A stretch of DNA of 64,000 nt. Origin: Ostreococcus lucimarinus. Its lineage: Eukaryota. The notes beneath the pieces are model-generated. The model saw only the letters and a list, made by a program, of their open reading frames with translations, was not told the DNA's origin and searched no databases. The position numbers and the translations under genes were made by a program. Below are positions 19,466-29,353 of this stretch, in pieces; position 1 is the stretch's first letter, and every line of letters begins with the position of its first letter. The stretch lies in NCBI GenBank assembly GCA_000092065.1, contig CP000582.1; one strand, given 5' to 3'.

Positions 19466-20791
19466 CTACAGGCTCCGACCCGCCTTTGCGGACGCGAGCT
19501 GACCTTCCCAGTTGTTTCTAAATTTCCTATAAATCGCGAGCGCGGCCAAGGCGTCTTCGGCGGGATCGTGAGCATCTCCACACTGAATGCTTAGCGCGCA
19601 AAAGTCACGCGCCAGATGCCGCAAGCGACGAGGCTTGCGGAAGTGCGGCGGACGCAACAGCGGCCGCCATTTCGCGGTATCTCGCGTGTCTTCCCGTGGA
19701 TGGTGGAGCTGTAAAGCCGAAAAGTCGTTCTCCAGGGCGTGGCCGACGACGATGCGACCTTTTATGAGTTCAGCAACGTCGCGCTTGACGTCGGCGAATT
19801 CGCGCGCGCTCGACCCTTCGACGTGACGAGGAAGGATGCCGGAGACGTGCGTGCGATAGTCCGTGACTGTTTTGTACGCGCGTGAATAACTCAAATACAC
19901 TGTGTTTCCGTATTCGTTGATCACGCAGACCTGCGCGAGCATGGATTCCACGCCTCCTTCGCCGACGCCGACCATCTCGCAATCGAGCGCCAACACGTCG
20001 GTGACGGAGCAATCGTCGCTGAATGGCCTCGGTCGTTCGAGTTTGGTGCGATTCTCTAACCGTTGCACGTTTTCGTAAACGTCCCTGTGCGACTTTTTCC
20101 GCGCCTCACTCACGCCCGTGCCATCCAAACATCCGTTTCCGAACGGGTCTTCGCGCGCCGTGTAAAATCGCGCGACTTCTGCGACGACTTCGCGTCTCCA
20201 AAGCGCCTTTAAAACGCGCGAAAAATTCTGAAAAAATCCAGCGCTCTCAAACGTTGCTCGCGGAATAAATCCCACCATCGACGCTTCTTCGCTCGCTCTC
20301 GAACCGACCAAAGCGAGCTGATCCGCGCGCGCGTTCGCCGTGTGCGCTCCGCCTTTATGCGCCGCCACCTTCGCGATCAAAGTCTTCTCCCGCCTCTTAC
20401 TCAGCACGAACGCCGTCAGCACCGTCACCGCGTTCACAGCGATTTCGTCCACGTCTCCCCTCGCTATTATCTCCACGCACTTGCACACGTATCGCGAATC
20501 CGACATCACCGCCAACTTTTCGTCTCTCGGATGTCGAACGAGCGCCGCGAAAACCGCGCACATCTCCACCGCGTTGATATCGCACGATTTCCTCGCGCAC
20601 GACCCCGCGAAATTCAAATGATGTCCAAACTTATACCACACGCCCACGCCGCTCGCCGCGCCGCTCGCGTCGACGCTTCCGTCGACGTAACACGCGTCGT
20701 CGCCCGCGCTCGCGCCCCGTCGACGCCCCACCCCTCCGCCTCCGCGCCCGCCGCTCGCGGACGCCCGCGCGTCGCACCGTCGAAACCGCAT
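19466..20791 (-). CDS. Fusion protein: RNase H-like domain plus DEDDh 3'-5' exonuclease (REX4/ISG20-like)
   Basis: N-terminal DDACYVDGSV...INAVEMCAVFAAL...VMSDSRYV...AAHKGGAHTANARADQLA (RNase H DEDD fold). C-terminal LALDCEMVGV...GHALENDFSAL...HDPAEDALAALAIY (DEDDh). Start trimmed to the ATG at 20791; the upstream part of ORF 19466..22006 is antisense to the exosome gene. Confidence 0.65.
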   Translation of the reverse strand: MRFRRCDARASASGGRGGGGVGRRRGASAGDDACYVDGSVDASGAASGVGVWYKFGHHLNFAGSCARKSCDINAVEMCAVFAALVRHPRDEKLAVMSDSRYVCKCVEIIARGDVDEIAVNAVTVLTAFVLSKRREKTLIAKVAAHKGGAHTANARADQLALVGSRASEEASMVGFIPRATFESAGFFQNFSRVLKALWRREVVAEVARFYTAREDPFGNGCLDGTGVSEARKKSHRDVYENVQRLENRTKLERPRPFSDDCSVTDVLALDCEMVGVGEGGVESMLAQVCVINEYGNTVYLSYSRAYKTVTDYRTHVSGILPRHVEGSSAREFADVKRDVAELIKGRIVVGHALENDFSALQLHHPREDTRDTAKWRPLLRPPHFRKPRRLRHLARDFCALSIQCGDAHDPAEDALAALAIYRKFRNNWEGQLASAKAGRSL

Positions 20792-21140
20792 CGCGAACGC
20801 CGCGCGGACGCGCGGTATCGCGCGTCCGACGGCGCGACACGCGAAGAACTCGACGACGAACCAAAAGATGCGCAGTCGCATCGCGAGCCGTTCGAGGCGC
20901 GTCGTCGCGCGCGTCGCGCGCGGCGTCGCGTCCATCGCGCGCGCGACGCTCGAACCTCGCGCGCGTCGCGTCGCGTCGCGTCGCGGCTCGCCGGCGCGCC
21001 GGCGCGCCGCGCGCGCGCGAGGTGCGAGCGCGCGAGTGCGGCGGCGGCGCGTCACTCCGCGCCGCGACGCGCCGCGACGCGCGCCGGCGACCGCGCGGCG
21101 CGACGCGGACGCCGCCGAGACGCGCGACGCGTCGATCGCG

Positions 21141-21953
21141 ATGGAGTACGTCAGCTTCGAGGGCTTGCGCGCGGACGGACGACGGGCGAACGAGTGTCGA
21201 CGCGTCCGGCACGAATTCGCCGTCGACGCCGACGCCGACGGGAGCGCGCGGTTCGAGATCGGGAACACGGTCGTGCAGGCCACGGTGCGAGGACCGCGCG
21301 AACGGCGCGGCGGACGCGCGGAGGAGGGCGCGAGCGACGCGTGCGCGGTGACGGCGACGTACGCCGCGAGCGGGGCGGCGGCGGACGGCGCGAACGGACG
21401 ACGAAAGGGGGATCGAAAGGCGCTCTCGCACGCGGAGACGCTGACGAAAATACTGGATAGGGTGGTGATGACGGAATTGATGCCGCGGAGCGCGATCGCG
21501 GTGACGTGCACGGTGCTGTGCGACGACGGAGGGGCGAAGGCGGCGAGCGTCAACGCGGCGACGTTGGCGCTGGCGGACGCGGGAGTGCCGCTGAGGGACA
21601 CGGTGGGCGCGGTGACGTGCGGATACCTCGATGGAGAGGTGTTGATCGATCTCAATCGCGAGGAAGAGCGCGGACGAGGGCCGGAGCTGTTGATGTGTTC
21701 GACCGGCGCGGGCGCGACGAGCCGCGCGGCGGCGGCGAGCGACGACGAGGAGGAAGAGGACGAGGGCGTGGATATCTCGGGCAGAGAAATCATCGCCGAG
21801 GAGCTCGATCGAGGGAAAACGACGATGGAAACGTACGATGCGATGCACGATCTCGCGCTCGCGGCTTCGGCGGTGATATCGGCGCGCATGCGCGAGGCGA
21901 CGCTGGAGCGCACGCGTTCGCTCGCCGCGACGCGCGCCCTGGAGAAGTTTTGA
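21141..21953 (+). CDS. Exosome complex RNase PH-like subunit (Rrp41/Rrp46/Mtr3 class)
   Basis: GLRADGRRANECRRV...ADGSARFEIGNTVVQATVRGPRE matches RNase PH domain 1. ATG at 21141 (MEYVSFEG). Confidence 0.7.
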   Translation: MEYVSFEGLRADGRRANECRRVRHEFAVDADADGSARFEIGNTVVQATVRGPRERRGGRAEEGASDACAVTATYAASGAAADGANGRRKGDRKALSHAETLTKILDRVVMTELMPRSAIAVTCTVLCDDGGAKAASVNAATLALADAGVPLRDTVGAVTCGYLDGEVLIDLNREEERGRGPELLMCSTGAGATSRAAAASDDEEEEDEGVDISGREIIAEELDRGKTTMETYDAMHDLALAASAVISARMREATLERTRSLAATRALEKF

Positions 21954-22136
21954 CTCCGCGCGTCGACTCGTCTCGACCCGACCGCCGCGTCGTCATCAAA
22001 TATCATATTAGTTCAATCAGCGCGCGCGAGCCTCGAAATCATCACCGCGACGCGAGCCGTCGATCGCCGCCGCCGCGTCCCGAACCCGAACCGTCCCGAG
22101 CGTCGCCTCGACCGCACACCGCGCCGTTCCGGCCCG

Positions 22137-22346
22137 ATGCCCGAATCCAGCGCGCGCTCCCGCGACGCCGTCTCCGGCTCGTCCGACGTGTTGTCGAGCA
22201 GCAATCGCGGTCGACGCAAGCGCGCGCGCGCGGCGGACGACGTCACGGGACCGAGTTTGTTGGGCTTCGTGCAGGTGGACGTGCGGTCGCTCGACGCCGC
22301 CGCGGTGCGCGCGCCCAAGTACGAGGAGCCGTTGGAGTGCGGACAG
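22137..22346 (+). CDS. Rai1/DXO decapping exoribonuclease, exon 1
   Basis: Exon ends ...PKYEEPLECGQ and is followed by the GTGCGTGAG donor. It joins exon 2 in frame, giving YEEPLECGQVSKRRDERLTTYDATNLRRL, similar to the DXO N-terminal motif. Confidence 0.65.
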
Positions 22347-22563
22347 GTGCGTGAGACGATTTCGCGCGCGCGGGCGCGCGGGCGACGCGCGCGGAGGCGT
22401 GCGACGACGGCGTGAGGAAGATTGCGTAGAATTCGGCCCGGGCGCGAGCTAACTGTCGCCGCGGCGCGCGACGGCGCGATTCGTGGGCGCGTTCGCGAGC
22501 GCGCGCGAGGTGCGCGCGAATGACTGAAATGCATCGACGCGGAATGTCGAGTCGCGCGCGCAG
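22347..22563 (+). other. Spliceosomal intron (GT-AG, 217 nt) of the Rai1/DXO gene
   Basis: Donor GTGCGTG at 22347 and acceptor gcgcgcgCAG at 22561-22563. Phase 0. Conserved protein sequence on both sides. Confidence 0.65.
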
Positions 22564-23997
22564 GTGAGCAAGAGACGGGACGAACGATTGACGACGTACG
22601 ACGCGACGAATTTGCGGCGGCTGCGCGGCGTCAACGCCGGCGCGGGCGCGGATCTCAATCAAGGATTCGGCACGTTTCGAGATCGCGATCGGCGAGAGAT
22701 TTATCCGGCGCCCGTGCACGTGATATTTGGTGCGATCGAGGCGAGCGGGCAGACTAAAGTGTTAGAAGACGTGGACGTGATCACGTGGCGAGGAAACATG
22801 AGCAAGTTGCTGACGACGGCGTGGAACGTCTCCGAGGCTTGGACGATGGAGGCCGAATTGGTCAACAACAGGACGATCGTTTTGAACGTCAAAGAAACGG
22901 AGGAAGGGTTGCGAAAGGCGCTCACTCGCGACGGGAGAGACGAGCGGATGTGTTACTGGGGATACGCTTTCGAGGAGGCCGCGTGCTCGGAGAAGCCGTT
23001 CGAGGAACCGGTGGATTGCATGGAATGTTTTTGCTGCGTCGTCAAGACGAAAATGGGTGATTTAAACGTCTTAATGGCTGGAGAAGTCGATTGTTTCGAA
23101 GGTGACGCCGAGCTGGCGAATTACGTCGAGTTAAAGACGTCGAGGGTGATGAACGACGAGCGACAGGTGAAACGTTTTGAAAAAGAAAAGCTCTTGAAGT
23201 GGTGGGCGCAGTCGTTCGCGCTGGGTGTAAGGAGAATAATGGTTGGATTTCGCGACGACCACGGGCGCGTGGTGAAAACGCAAATGTTAGAGACGCTCAA
23301 GTTACCGGGATACGTCGTCAAGCATGCGAACTCGTGGACGCCCAAGGACGCTCTTCGATGCGCGTCAGCGGTGCTGACGAAGCTCAAAGAGTTACTCGCC
23401 GACGAACCCAGCGGGACGCGAGTGCGAGTTGAGTACGAACCGAAAAAGGCGAAGCATCGCGTGAATTTCATTCGAGATGATTCGATCCCTGACTTTTTAC
23501 CCGCCGACGCGCGCGCGAAACTCATGAACGACGGGTCCTGGCGCGAGAGAGGACCGCAGCCTACCGCGAGGCCAACTTCCGCTTCGGAGCCGCCGCGAGA
23601 TGCGCCAGCGCCCGAACTTTCGGAAACTGCGTCCGCGATGAGCATTCGGGCGCGAACAGAGGGCAGAACGAACAGAATAGAGTACATCCGCTCGCTCGGA
23701 CCGGCGGCGCTTTTGTACATGCAAGGCAAAGACCCTCGAAGAACGTTGCGAGGACGCGTGGACGACGACACGATGGGTGGTATCGGCATCGACCCTTCGA
23801 TTTGGATACAACAAAAAGCCAACTACACCGGTATCGACGCCCAAACGAGCCCACAGATGATGAATTATGATCACAAAGCGGCGCCGGCGTCGTCGGCGAA
23901 ATCGAGCGGCGCGCGGCGCGCAAGTTCTTCCGGTGTCGGCGACGCGCACGATCGCGCGTCAACGGAAAATAGCGATCGCGAAAACTCACAAAATTGA
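22564..23997 (+). CDS. Rai1/DXO decapping exoribonuclease, exon 2
   Basis: ITWRGNMSKLLTT, GYAFEEAAC, AGEVDCFEGD...YVELKTSRV, KLLKWWAQSF. The ORF-track 'M' at 22564 is a GTG codon immediately after the acceptor. Confidence 0.8.
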   Translation: MSKRRDERLTTYDATNLRRLRGVNAGAGADLNQGFGTFRDRDRREIYPAPVHVIFGAIEASGQTKVLEDVDVITWRGNMSKLLTTAWNVSEAWTMEAELVNNRTIVLNVKETEEGLRKALTRDGRDERMCYWGYAFEEAACSEKPFEEPVDCMECFCCVVKTKMGDLNVLMAGEVDCFEGDAELANYVELKTSRVMNDERQVKRFEKEKLLKWWAQSFALGVRRIMVGFRDDHGRVVKTQMLETLKLPGYVVKHANSWTPKDALRCASAVLTKLKELLADEPSGTRVRVEYEPKKAKHRVNFIRDDSIPDFLPADARAKLMNDGSWRERGPQPTARPTSASEPPRDAPAPELSETASAMSIRARTEGRTNRIEYIRSLGPAALLYMQGKDPRRTLRGRVDDDTMGGIGIDPSIWIQQKANYTGIDAQTSPQMMNYDHKAAPASSAKSSGARRASSSGVGDAHDRASTENSDRENSQN

Positions 23998-24106
23998 TTC
24001 AGATTGATTACACTGTAGAACAGAATACTGTAGCATCGGCGCTCAAAGATATGTCGTACAGAGACGCTCAAAGGAGAACACGCCCGTCCGCGTCCTCGTT
24101 TACTCC

Positions 24107-24205
24107 TCCGCATCCGCATCCGCATCCGCATCCTCCTCCTCCTCCTCTTCCTCCTCTTTCTCCTCTTCCTCCTCTTTCTTTTCCTCCTCTTTCTCTTTCT
24201 TCTTG
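24107..24205. repeat. Compound microsatellite: (CCGCAT)4 then (CCT)n and CT-rich tract
   Basis: ccgcatccgcatccgcatccgcatcctcctcctcctcct... read directly from the sequence. It encodes an acidic poly-Glu tail in minus-strand ORF 24100..24573. Confidence 0.8.
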
Positions 24206-24984
24206 CCGCACTCCGATTCCTCGTCCTCCTCGTCGCATTCGTCGTCGTCGCCGCCGCCGCCGCTCGCCCGGCCGATGCGCGCGCGCGACCCACCACTTCG
24301 TCGCATGTACCGCGCCCGCGATTTATCCACCGCCGCCTTGCGATCGTACAACAACGAGCGTCGCGCGCCCGGCGTCGGCCTCGCGACGTCCGCGTCGTCC
24401 GCGTCCGTCGCCCGCGCCTCCGTCACCGCCTCCGCGTTCGCCAGCGCGATCGCGTTCGCGAGCGACGACGCGCCCGTGAGCGCGACGCACGCGACGCCGG
24501 CCGTCGTGGCGAGCGCGAACAGGCGCGCGCGCGCGCGGCGTCCGCGCGAATGGTGTTCGCGAGGTCGAGACATTCTTCGACGATTCGCGTCGCTTCGGCG
24601 CGCGTTCGACCGCGCGGTTCGTTCGGCGCGCGCCGCGAGACGTCGAGCGTCCCGGGTCGTCGAGCGCGGGGCGTCGAGCGCGCGCCGCGCGTCGGCGTGC
24701 GGTCGCGCGTCGCGTCGATCCGAGGCGTCCGCGGTGTGGTCGCCGCGCGGAAAAATTTATATATCGCCCCTTTAGAGAGTACCTACACACATGACGAGTC
24801 ATGAACCGTGGATATATACGTATTTTACACCGTTTAGTTCTAAAAGTTTGATTCTACAACATCTACGAGAGGTAGTTCCTAATGCTAATTTGCTCGCCTT
24901 TGCTTGCCTTGCGTTTGTGTTCATCGACCATCTTCTCGTGCAGAGATGATTTCAAGTGCGATTAAATGATTGGATGACGTGTTA

Positions 24985-26301
24985 TCAAAAGGACCCGTGT
25001 CGGGCGACGATTTCTGATACTGATGAACCATTAAGTATGTCTTGACGTATACTGCTCTCAGAAAATACTCGCTTTAAAGCTTCTTCAATCACGATATTTC
25101 CAAACCGTCTTGGGATAATCAGTGTTCCTTCTTGATCACTGAAAATCAAATCTCCCGGACAGCACGAGACGCCATCCAAGCTAATACACTGATTTGTTGA
25201 CTCTACTGTAGCAACACCTCTCACATCAGAGCAGGTTGAACCGGCTGCGTAGACGGGAAAGTTCGAACATTTCACTTCCACTGTATCGCGTGTAAAACCA
25301 TTCGTGACGAAACCGGCGGCTCCCCTCGTTATGGCAATGTGAGCATTAAGATCGCCAAAATATGCTCGTCCCTTCATCGGATTTTCTACTACGATAACGT
25401 CACCGAAGCCGACGTAGTTGTATGATTTTAGAGCACCATAGATTCCCCTGAGATCTTCACTTTCACGAAGAGGCCTTAACTTAAGTGTGCAAGCACGACC
25501 GAAGACCTTGCTCAGTGCGCCTTGTGGTTTTAAGCCGAAGACCACTCGTCCACTTACGCCCATATCATCCAGCGTGTCTGATAAAATGGCACTGGTGAGA
25601 TGTAGTTTGGCGCACCTCAAGCGAGATAGACCAGCGACGCGGTGCGCTAAAGCGATATTGTTTGCAAGAGCGAAGTCAACTTCGTAGTTGATATCAACTG
25701 CTTCTTCTGGCGTAACATGCAGCATGTGTGGTTTGTTCCCTATCCTTCGCCGAGTCAGCTTCGCCGCATCTCTCGTAATGTTGTACAGCCCCATGGTCTC
25801 CACGGTAGTCGTTGGCAAATCAACTGAGTTGGGAATATTTTGGATATCATAGCTCGGCCCTGCCTTTGTCCACGTATACAGTTTATCATCGCGAACAGTG
25901 CACGCGGAGTCATAAACACCGGACATCACGCTCTCGACACCTTTCTTAATCGTTTCTGGATGTATGAACGGGCTTGTGCACAGCGCCTGCACATAGATTT
26001 CGGCATCGAATCGCTCAACTTCGTTCATGAACAGAGTGTTACCGTCCGTCTTGTTCGTGGCCAACGCCTCGTCCCGCTTTAGGAAAACTAACTTTGGATT
26101 ATCGCTCGCAAGAAATTCCGCCACCTTGAAAACATCATCGGACTCAGAGTCCAAGACAACTTTGTCAATAAAAGGACACTCGAAGAGCAACTTTTCCAAA
26201 GTGTGCAGGAAGAGTGGTTTGGAATCCAGCAGTTTCGTGTTCTTGCTCTCTACGCGACTCGATGTACCTTTGCACGGCACAAACGCAACGATCCGCGCCA
26301 T
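24985..26301 (-). CDS. Fusion of NeuA/KdsB-type sugar-acid cytidylyltransferase with an RraA-like domain, in a lower-GC island
   Basis: N-terminal MARIVAFVPCKGTSSRVESKNTKLLDSKPLFLHTLEKL (CMP-NeuAc/CMP-Kdo synthetase family). C-terminal GDVIVVEN...YFGDLNAHIAITRGAAGFVTNGFTRDTVEV...PVYAAG...CCPGDLIFSDQEGTLIIPRR (RraA/aldolase family). GC of the gene and its 3' flank is clearly below the neighbouring genes. Confidence 0.7.
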   Translation of the reverse strand: MARIVAFVPCKGTSSRVESKNTKLLDSKPLFLHTLEKLLFECPFIDKVVLDSESDDVFKVAEFLASDNPKLVFLKRDEALATNKTDGNTLFMNEVERFDAEIYVQALCTSPFIHPETIKKGVESVMSGVYDSACTVRDDKLYTWTKAGPSYDIQNIPNSVDLPTTTVETMGLYNITRDAAKLTRRRIGNKPHMLHVTPEEAVDINYEVDFALANNIALAHRVAGLSRLRCAKLHLTSAILSDTLDDMGVSGRVVFGLKPQGALSKVFGRACTLKLRPLRESEDLRGIYGALKSYNYVGFGDVIVVENPMKGRAYFGDLNAHIAITRGAAGFVTNGFTRDTVEVKCSNFPVYAAGSTCSDVRGVATVESTNQCISLDGVSCCPGDLIFSDQEGTLIIPRRFGNIVIEEALKRVFSESSIRQDILNGSSVSEIVARHGSF

Positions 26302-26640
26302 GAGAACGCAACACGATCGCCGGTGTCTCGAGAACGATCGTTTGAAGCGTCACAGCCGGGATGGGACCGCCCGGAGCGCGCGGCGTGATTAACTCTGGAA
26401 TCAGACGTCGGCGCTCGTGACTTCGAGCCGAAAGCGCGGCGAAGCCGCGAGTGTGGACAGCCGGTTTGGACGTCGGAGAACACATTCGTCGGCCAAAGTT
26501 TTTTTTAAATCGCCACTCGCGCGAATGGCCGCGTGACTCGACGACCGCGTGAACTGCGGTGACATCGCGACCGCGCGGCGCGACGCCCGCGCGCGCGCGC
26601 GACCGCGCGGCGACCGCGACCGCGCGACCGCGCGCGCGCC

Positions 26641-27207
26641 ATGTCCGCGACGCACGGCGCGTGCGCGCGCGCGCACGACGCCGCGAACGTCCCGGTGCTG
26701 ACGCTCATCGCCCTCGCCTGCGTCGCCGGCATCGCCGGCGCGCTCGACCCGCTCGTCGTCACGAAGGGGTTCCTGGCGTACATCGTCCTCGACGGGCTGT
26801 GGATCGCGCTCTGGCCGCGGTGCGTGCCGAGCGCGGCGGCGGTGGTGGTGGCGCACCACGTCGTCACGGCGGCGCTCTTGGCGTACCCGCTGCGACATCC
26901 GGAGCGCGCGATCGAAACGTGTAGGAACGGATTGGTGGAGGCGAACACGTTGTTTTTGATACTGCGGCGCCGGGTGCGGCGCGGGAGCGCGATGCACGCG
27001 GTGTGGAATGGGTTGTACGTCGCGACGCTGGCGCCGGTGCGATTCGCGTGGCAACCGTATTTGTTGTGGCACTTTTATGCGAACGTCACGAAGGACGACG
27101 TTTGGTGGGAGAAGGTGCAGGTGTGCGGGGCGCAGATGTTTTTGATCGGGTTTAACGTGTTTCTCGTCGCGCGACGACGCGTCGCGCCGGCGAAGAAGGA
27201 GGCGTAG
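26641..27207 (+). CDS. Hypothetical multi-pass membrane protein (TLC/TMEM-like)
   Basis: Five or six hydrophobic helices (VLTLIALACVAGIAG, FLAYIVLDGLWIALW, AVVVAHHVVTAALLAY...). No diagnostic motif. Confidence 0.35.
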   Translation: MSATHGACARAHDAANVPVLTLIALACVAGIAGALDPLVVTKGFLAYIVLDGLWIALWPRCVPSAAAVVVAHHVVTAALLAYPLRHPERAIETCRNGLVEANTLFLILRRRVRRGSAMHAVWNGLYVATLAPVRFAWQPYLLWHFYANVTKDDVWWEKVQVCGAQMFLIGFNVFLVARRRVAPAKKEA

Positions 27208-27251
27208 GGAACGCTAATGTTACAACAGTTTAATATCAATACCGGTAGAAT

Positions 27252-29015
27252 CTATCGCGCGTCTTCCTTCAGATCTTTTGGTTTGTCGTAGCCCCCGTCG
27301 CGCCAATCGCCCTGACACGCGCGGCACGACATCGCGCACGACTTGAGCATGAAGCCGGGATTTTTGTCGCACTCGCCCGATTCAGCCCATCCTCGACACG
27401 CGTCGTCCGTGTCTTTGCACGATTCCGTCGCCTGCGGTCCGCCTTCGTAAAAAATCTTGTGCACGTCATCGCCATGTTTTCCGATCGCGTTGACGTGCAT
27501 CCATTTCGTCGCCGTCCACTTCACGCCTTTGATCACGGGGCACCCGGCGTGCGAGCTCCCGGGATCGAGCTCGCCGCCCGGCTTCATGCTCCAAAACAAC
27601 AACGCGTCGCCCTTGCGCGCTTTGACGCTCTTACCACCGTTGCCACACTCTGAGTATTGCGATCTGTCGCGATCTGTCGGGACGTCAGTGTTCGGAAACA
27701 CGGTCTCCCCACCCTCCTCGACGTCGGAGAGGTAGAGCAAAACCGTGGCGATGCGATTGTTCCGCTTGCCTCCCTTGTGAAAGAAGTAATCGAAGTGTGC
27801 CTTATATTCCTGGCCGTTTTCGTAGCGCAACACCTGAAGGGCCTCACCGTGATCGACTGGAATTTGCGACCACAGTTCGATGCGCTCTTCGATCGCGGTG
27901 ATCGTGGGGTCATGCGCGCGACTGATGAACGTCCCCGTCGACGTGCGAATGTCGCTCGTGGTGGATCCGCCCGTCTTGGCGTCCACAACGCCTGACTTGT
28001 GTAAGTGCCCTTTCGATAGCGCGAGTATGTGGTCACACTCCTCATCCGTCAAGAATCCTTCGTACACGAACGCGCGCGGCGCGTTCAACGAAATCGTTCG
28101 TATGCGCGTCGGATCGATGGCGTTCTTCGGAACGACCTCGTTCACGAACGGCGACTCTAATTCCGGATGCGGTGCCGAACGAATGGCGCGCAACTCATCT
28201 TCCAAAGAACCTATCACCACATCCTTCGCCGGTTCCCGCGACACTTCCACGTGACCGCTAAACATTCCGGTTTTGGAAGTCGCGTCGTCGTCGTCGTCGT
28301 CTCGCGTCTCCCCGTTCTCATTCTCCGTCGTCGTCGTCGTCTCCGGTGGAAACACCACGCCCATCTCCGCCTTCTCCATTCGATTCTCTTCGACCGCTTT
28401 CTCAGCGCTCTCCAGCACGCGCTCGACGTCCAGCCCCGCGCTCGCGTCGCCCAGATGTTCGTCTCGCAACGTCTCCAACTCCAGACTCGCCCGCGCCGCC
28501 TCCGCCCGCACGTCCTCCCGCGCGCGCTCCATCGCCGCCGCCACCCGCGGTTCATTCTTCGCCTCCCTCTCCACCTCTCCATCGATCGTCCCGCGAGATT
28601 CGCGCGTCACCGTCGTCCTCGGCGCCTCGCGTCTCGCGTCCGCCGCCGCCGCGAACCGCCGCGCCGCGCCGCGCGCGCGCCCCCTCTCCTCGCCCTCTCT
28701 TCGCCCTCCCAGCGCGAGCCACGCGCACAGGCACATCGCGCAGACGCGCGCGAGCCAGGCGCGGTAGACGCGTCGATCTCGGCCGCGCGCGCCGTCGTCG
28801 CGCGTTCGCGCGCGCGCGGTCGCGCGTCGGTGGTGCGTCGGTAATCGCTCGTCGCGGTCGCGTCGCCGCGCGTCTCGACCGCTCGCGCTCGAGCCGTCGC
28901 GCGCGGACGCCAGGGCGAGCGCGACGCGTCGGAGCGCGCCGGCGCCGAGCGCCATGGCGCGCGCGCCGCGTCGCGGACTCCGGCGTCGGCGCGATGCGCG
29001 CTCGAAAATGTCCAT
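27252..29015 (-). CDS. Prolyl 4-hydroxylase alpha-like (2OG oxygenase) with C-terminal ShK-like domain; type II membrane anchor
   Basis: RAFVYEGFLTDEECDHILALSKG...HFDYF...ATVLLYLSDVEEGGETVFP...KGDALLFW...HAGCPVIKGVKWTATKWMH. C-terminal CKDTDDACRGWAESGECDKNPGFMLKSCAMSCRAC. N-terminal TM VCAMCLCAWLAL. Confidence 0.7.
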   Translation of the reverse strand: MDIFERASRRRRSPRRGARAMALGAGALRRVALALASARDGSSASGRDARRRDRDERLPTHHRRATARARTRDDGARGRDRRVYRAWLARVCAMCLCAWLALGGRREGEERGRARGAARRFAAAADARREAPRTTVTRESRGTIDGEVEREAKNEPRVAAAMERAREDVRAEAARASLELETLRDEHLGDASAGLDVERVLESAEKAVEENRMEKAEMGVVFPPETTTTTENENGETRDDDDDDATSKTGMFSGHVEVSREPAKDVVIGSLEDELRAIRSAPHPELESPFVNEVVPKNAIDPTRIRTISLNAPRAFVYEGFLTDEECDHILALSKGHLHKSGVVDAKTGGSTTSDIRTSTGTFISRAHDPTITAIEERIELWSQIPVDHGEALQVLRYENGQEYKAHFDYFFHKGGKRNNRIATVLLYLSDVEEGGETVFPNTDVPTDRDRSQYSECGNGGKSVKARKGDALLFWSMKPGGELDPGSSHAGCPVIKGVKWTATKWMHVNAIGKHGDDVHKIFYEGGPQATESCKDTDDACRGWAESGECDKNPGFMLKSCAMSCRACQGDWRDGGYDKPKDLKEDAR

Positions 29016-29204
29016 CGCACTGATTGCGCGTACACATCTACGTTAACATCGTTCGGACTGAATGCGTCATACACAATTCGGACATTCGGAGCCAGAAACG
29101 ACCGCGATCGCGCGCCGACCCTCATACATAAACAGATCGAACACCGAACGCGAGAGCGAATCTGATTCGCGCGCGCCCGCACTCCACGCCTCGATCGCAC
29201 GACG

Positions 29205-29353
29205 ATGTTCGCCGCCGCTCGCACGTTCACCACCGCCGTCGCCCCGCGCGCGGCGCCGACGCACCGCGGACGCGCCGTGAGCGCGCGCGCGGAGAAGCCG
29301 TCCTGGGCGCCCGGGTTCGACACGCCCAAGTACCTCGACGGAAGCATGCCGTG
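29205..29353 (+). CDS. Light-harvesting complex (LHC) protein, exon 1 (transit peptide plus N-terminal motif)
   Basis: MFAAARTFTTAVAPRAAPTHRGRAVSARAEKPSWAPGFDTPKYLDGSMP, followed by the GTGCGTG donor at 29354. Phase 2 (the exon ends in TG). Confidence 0.65.
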
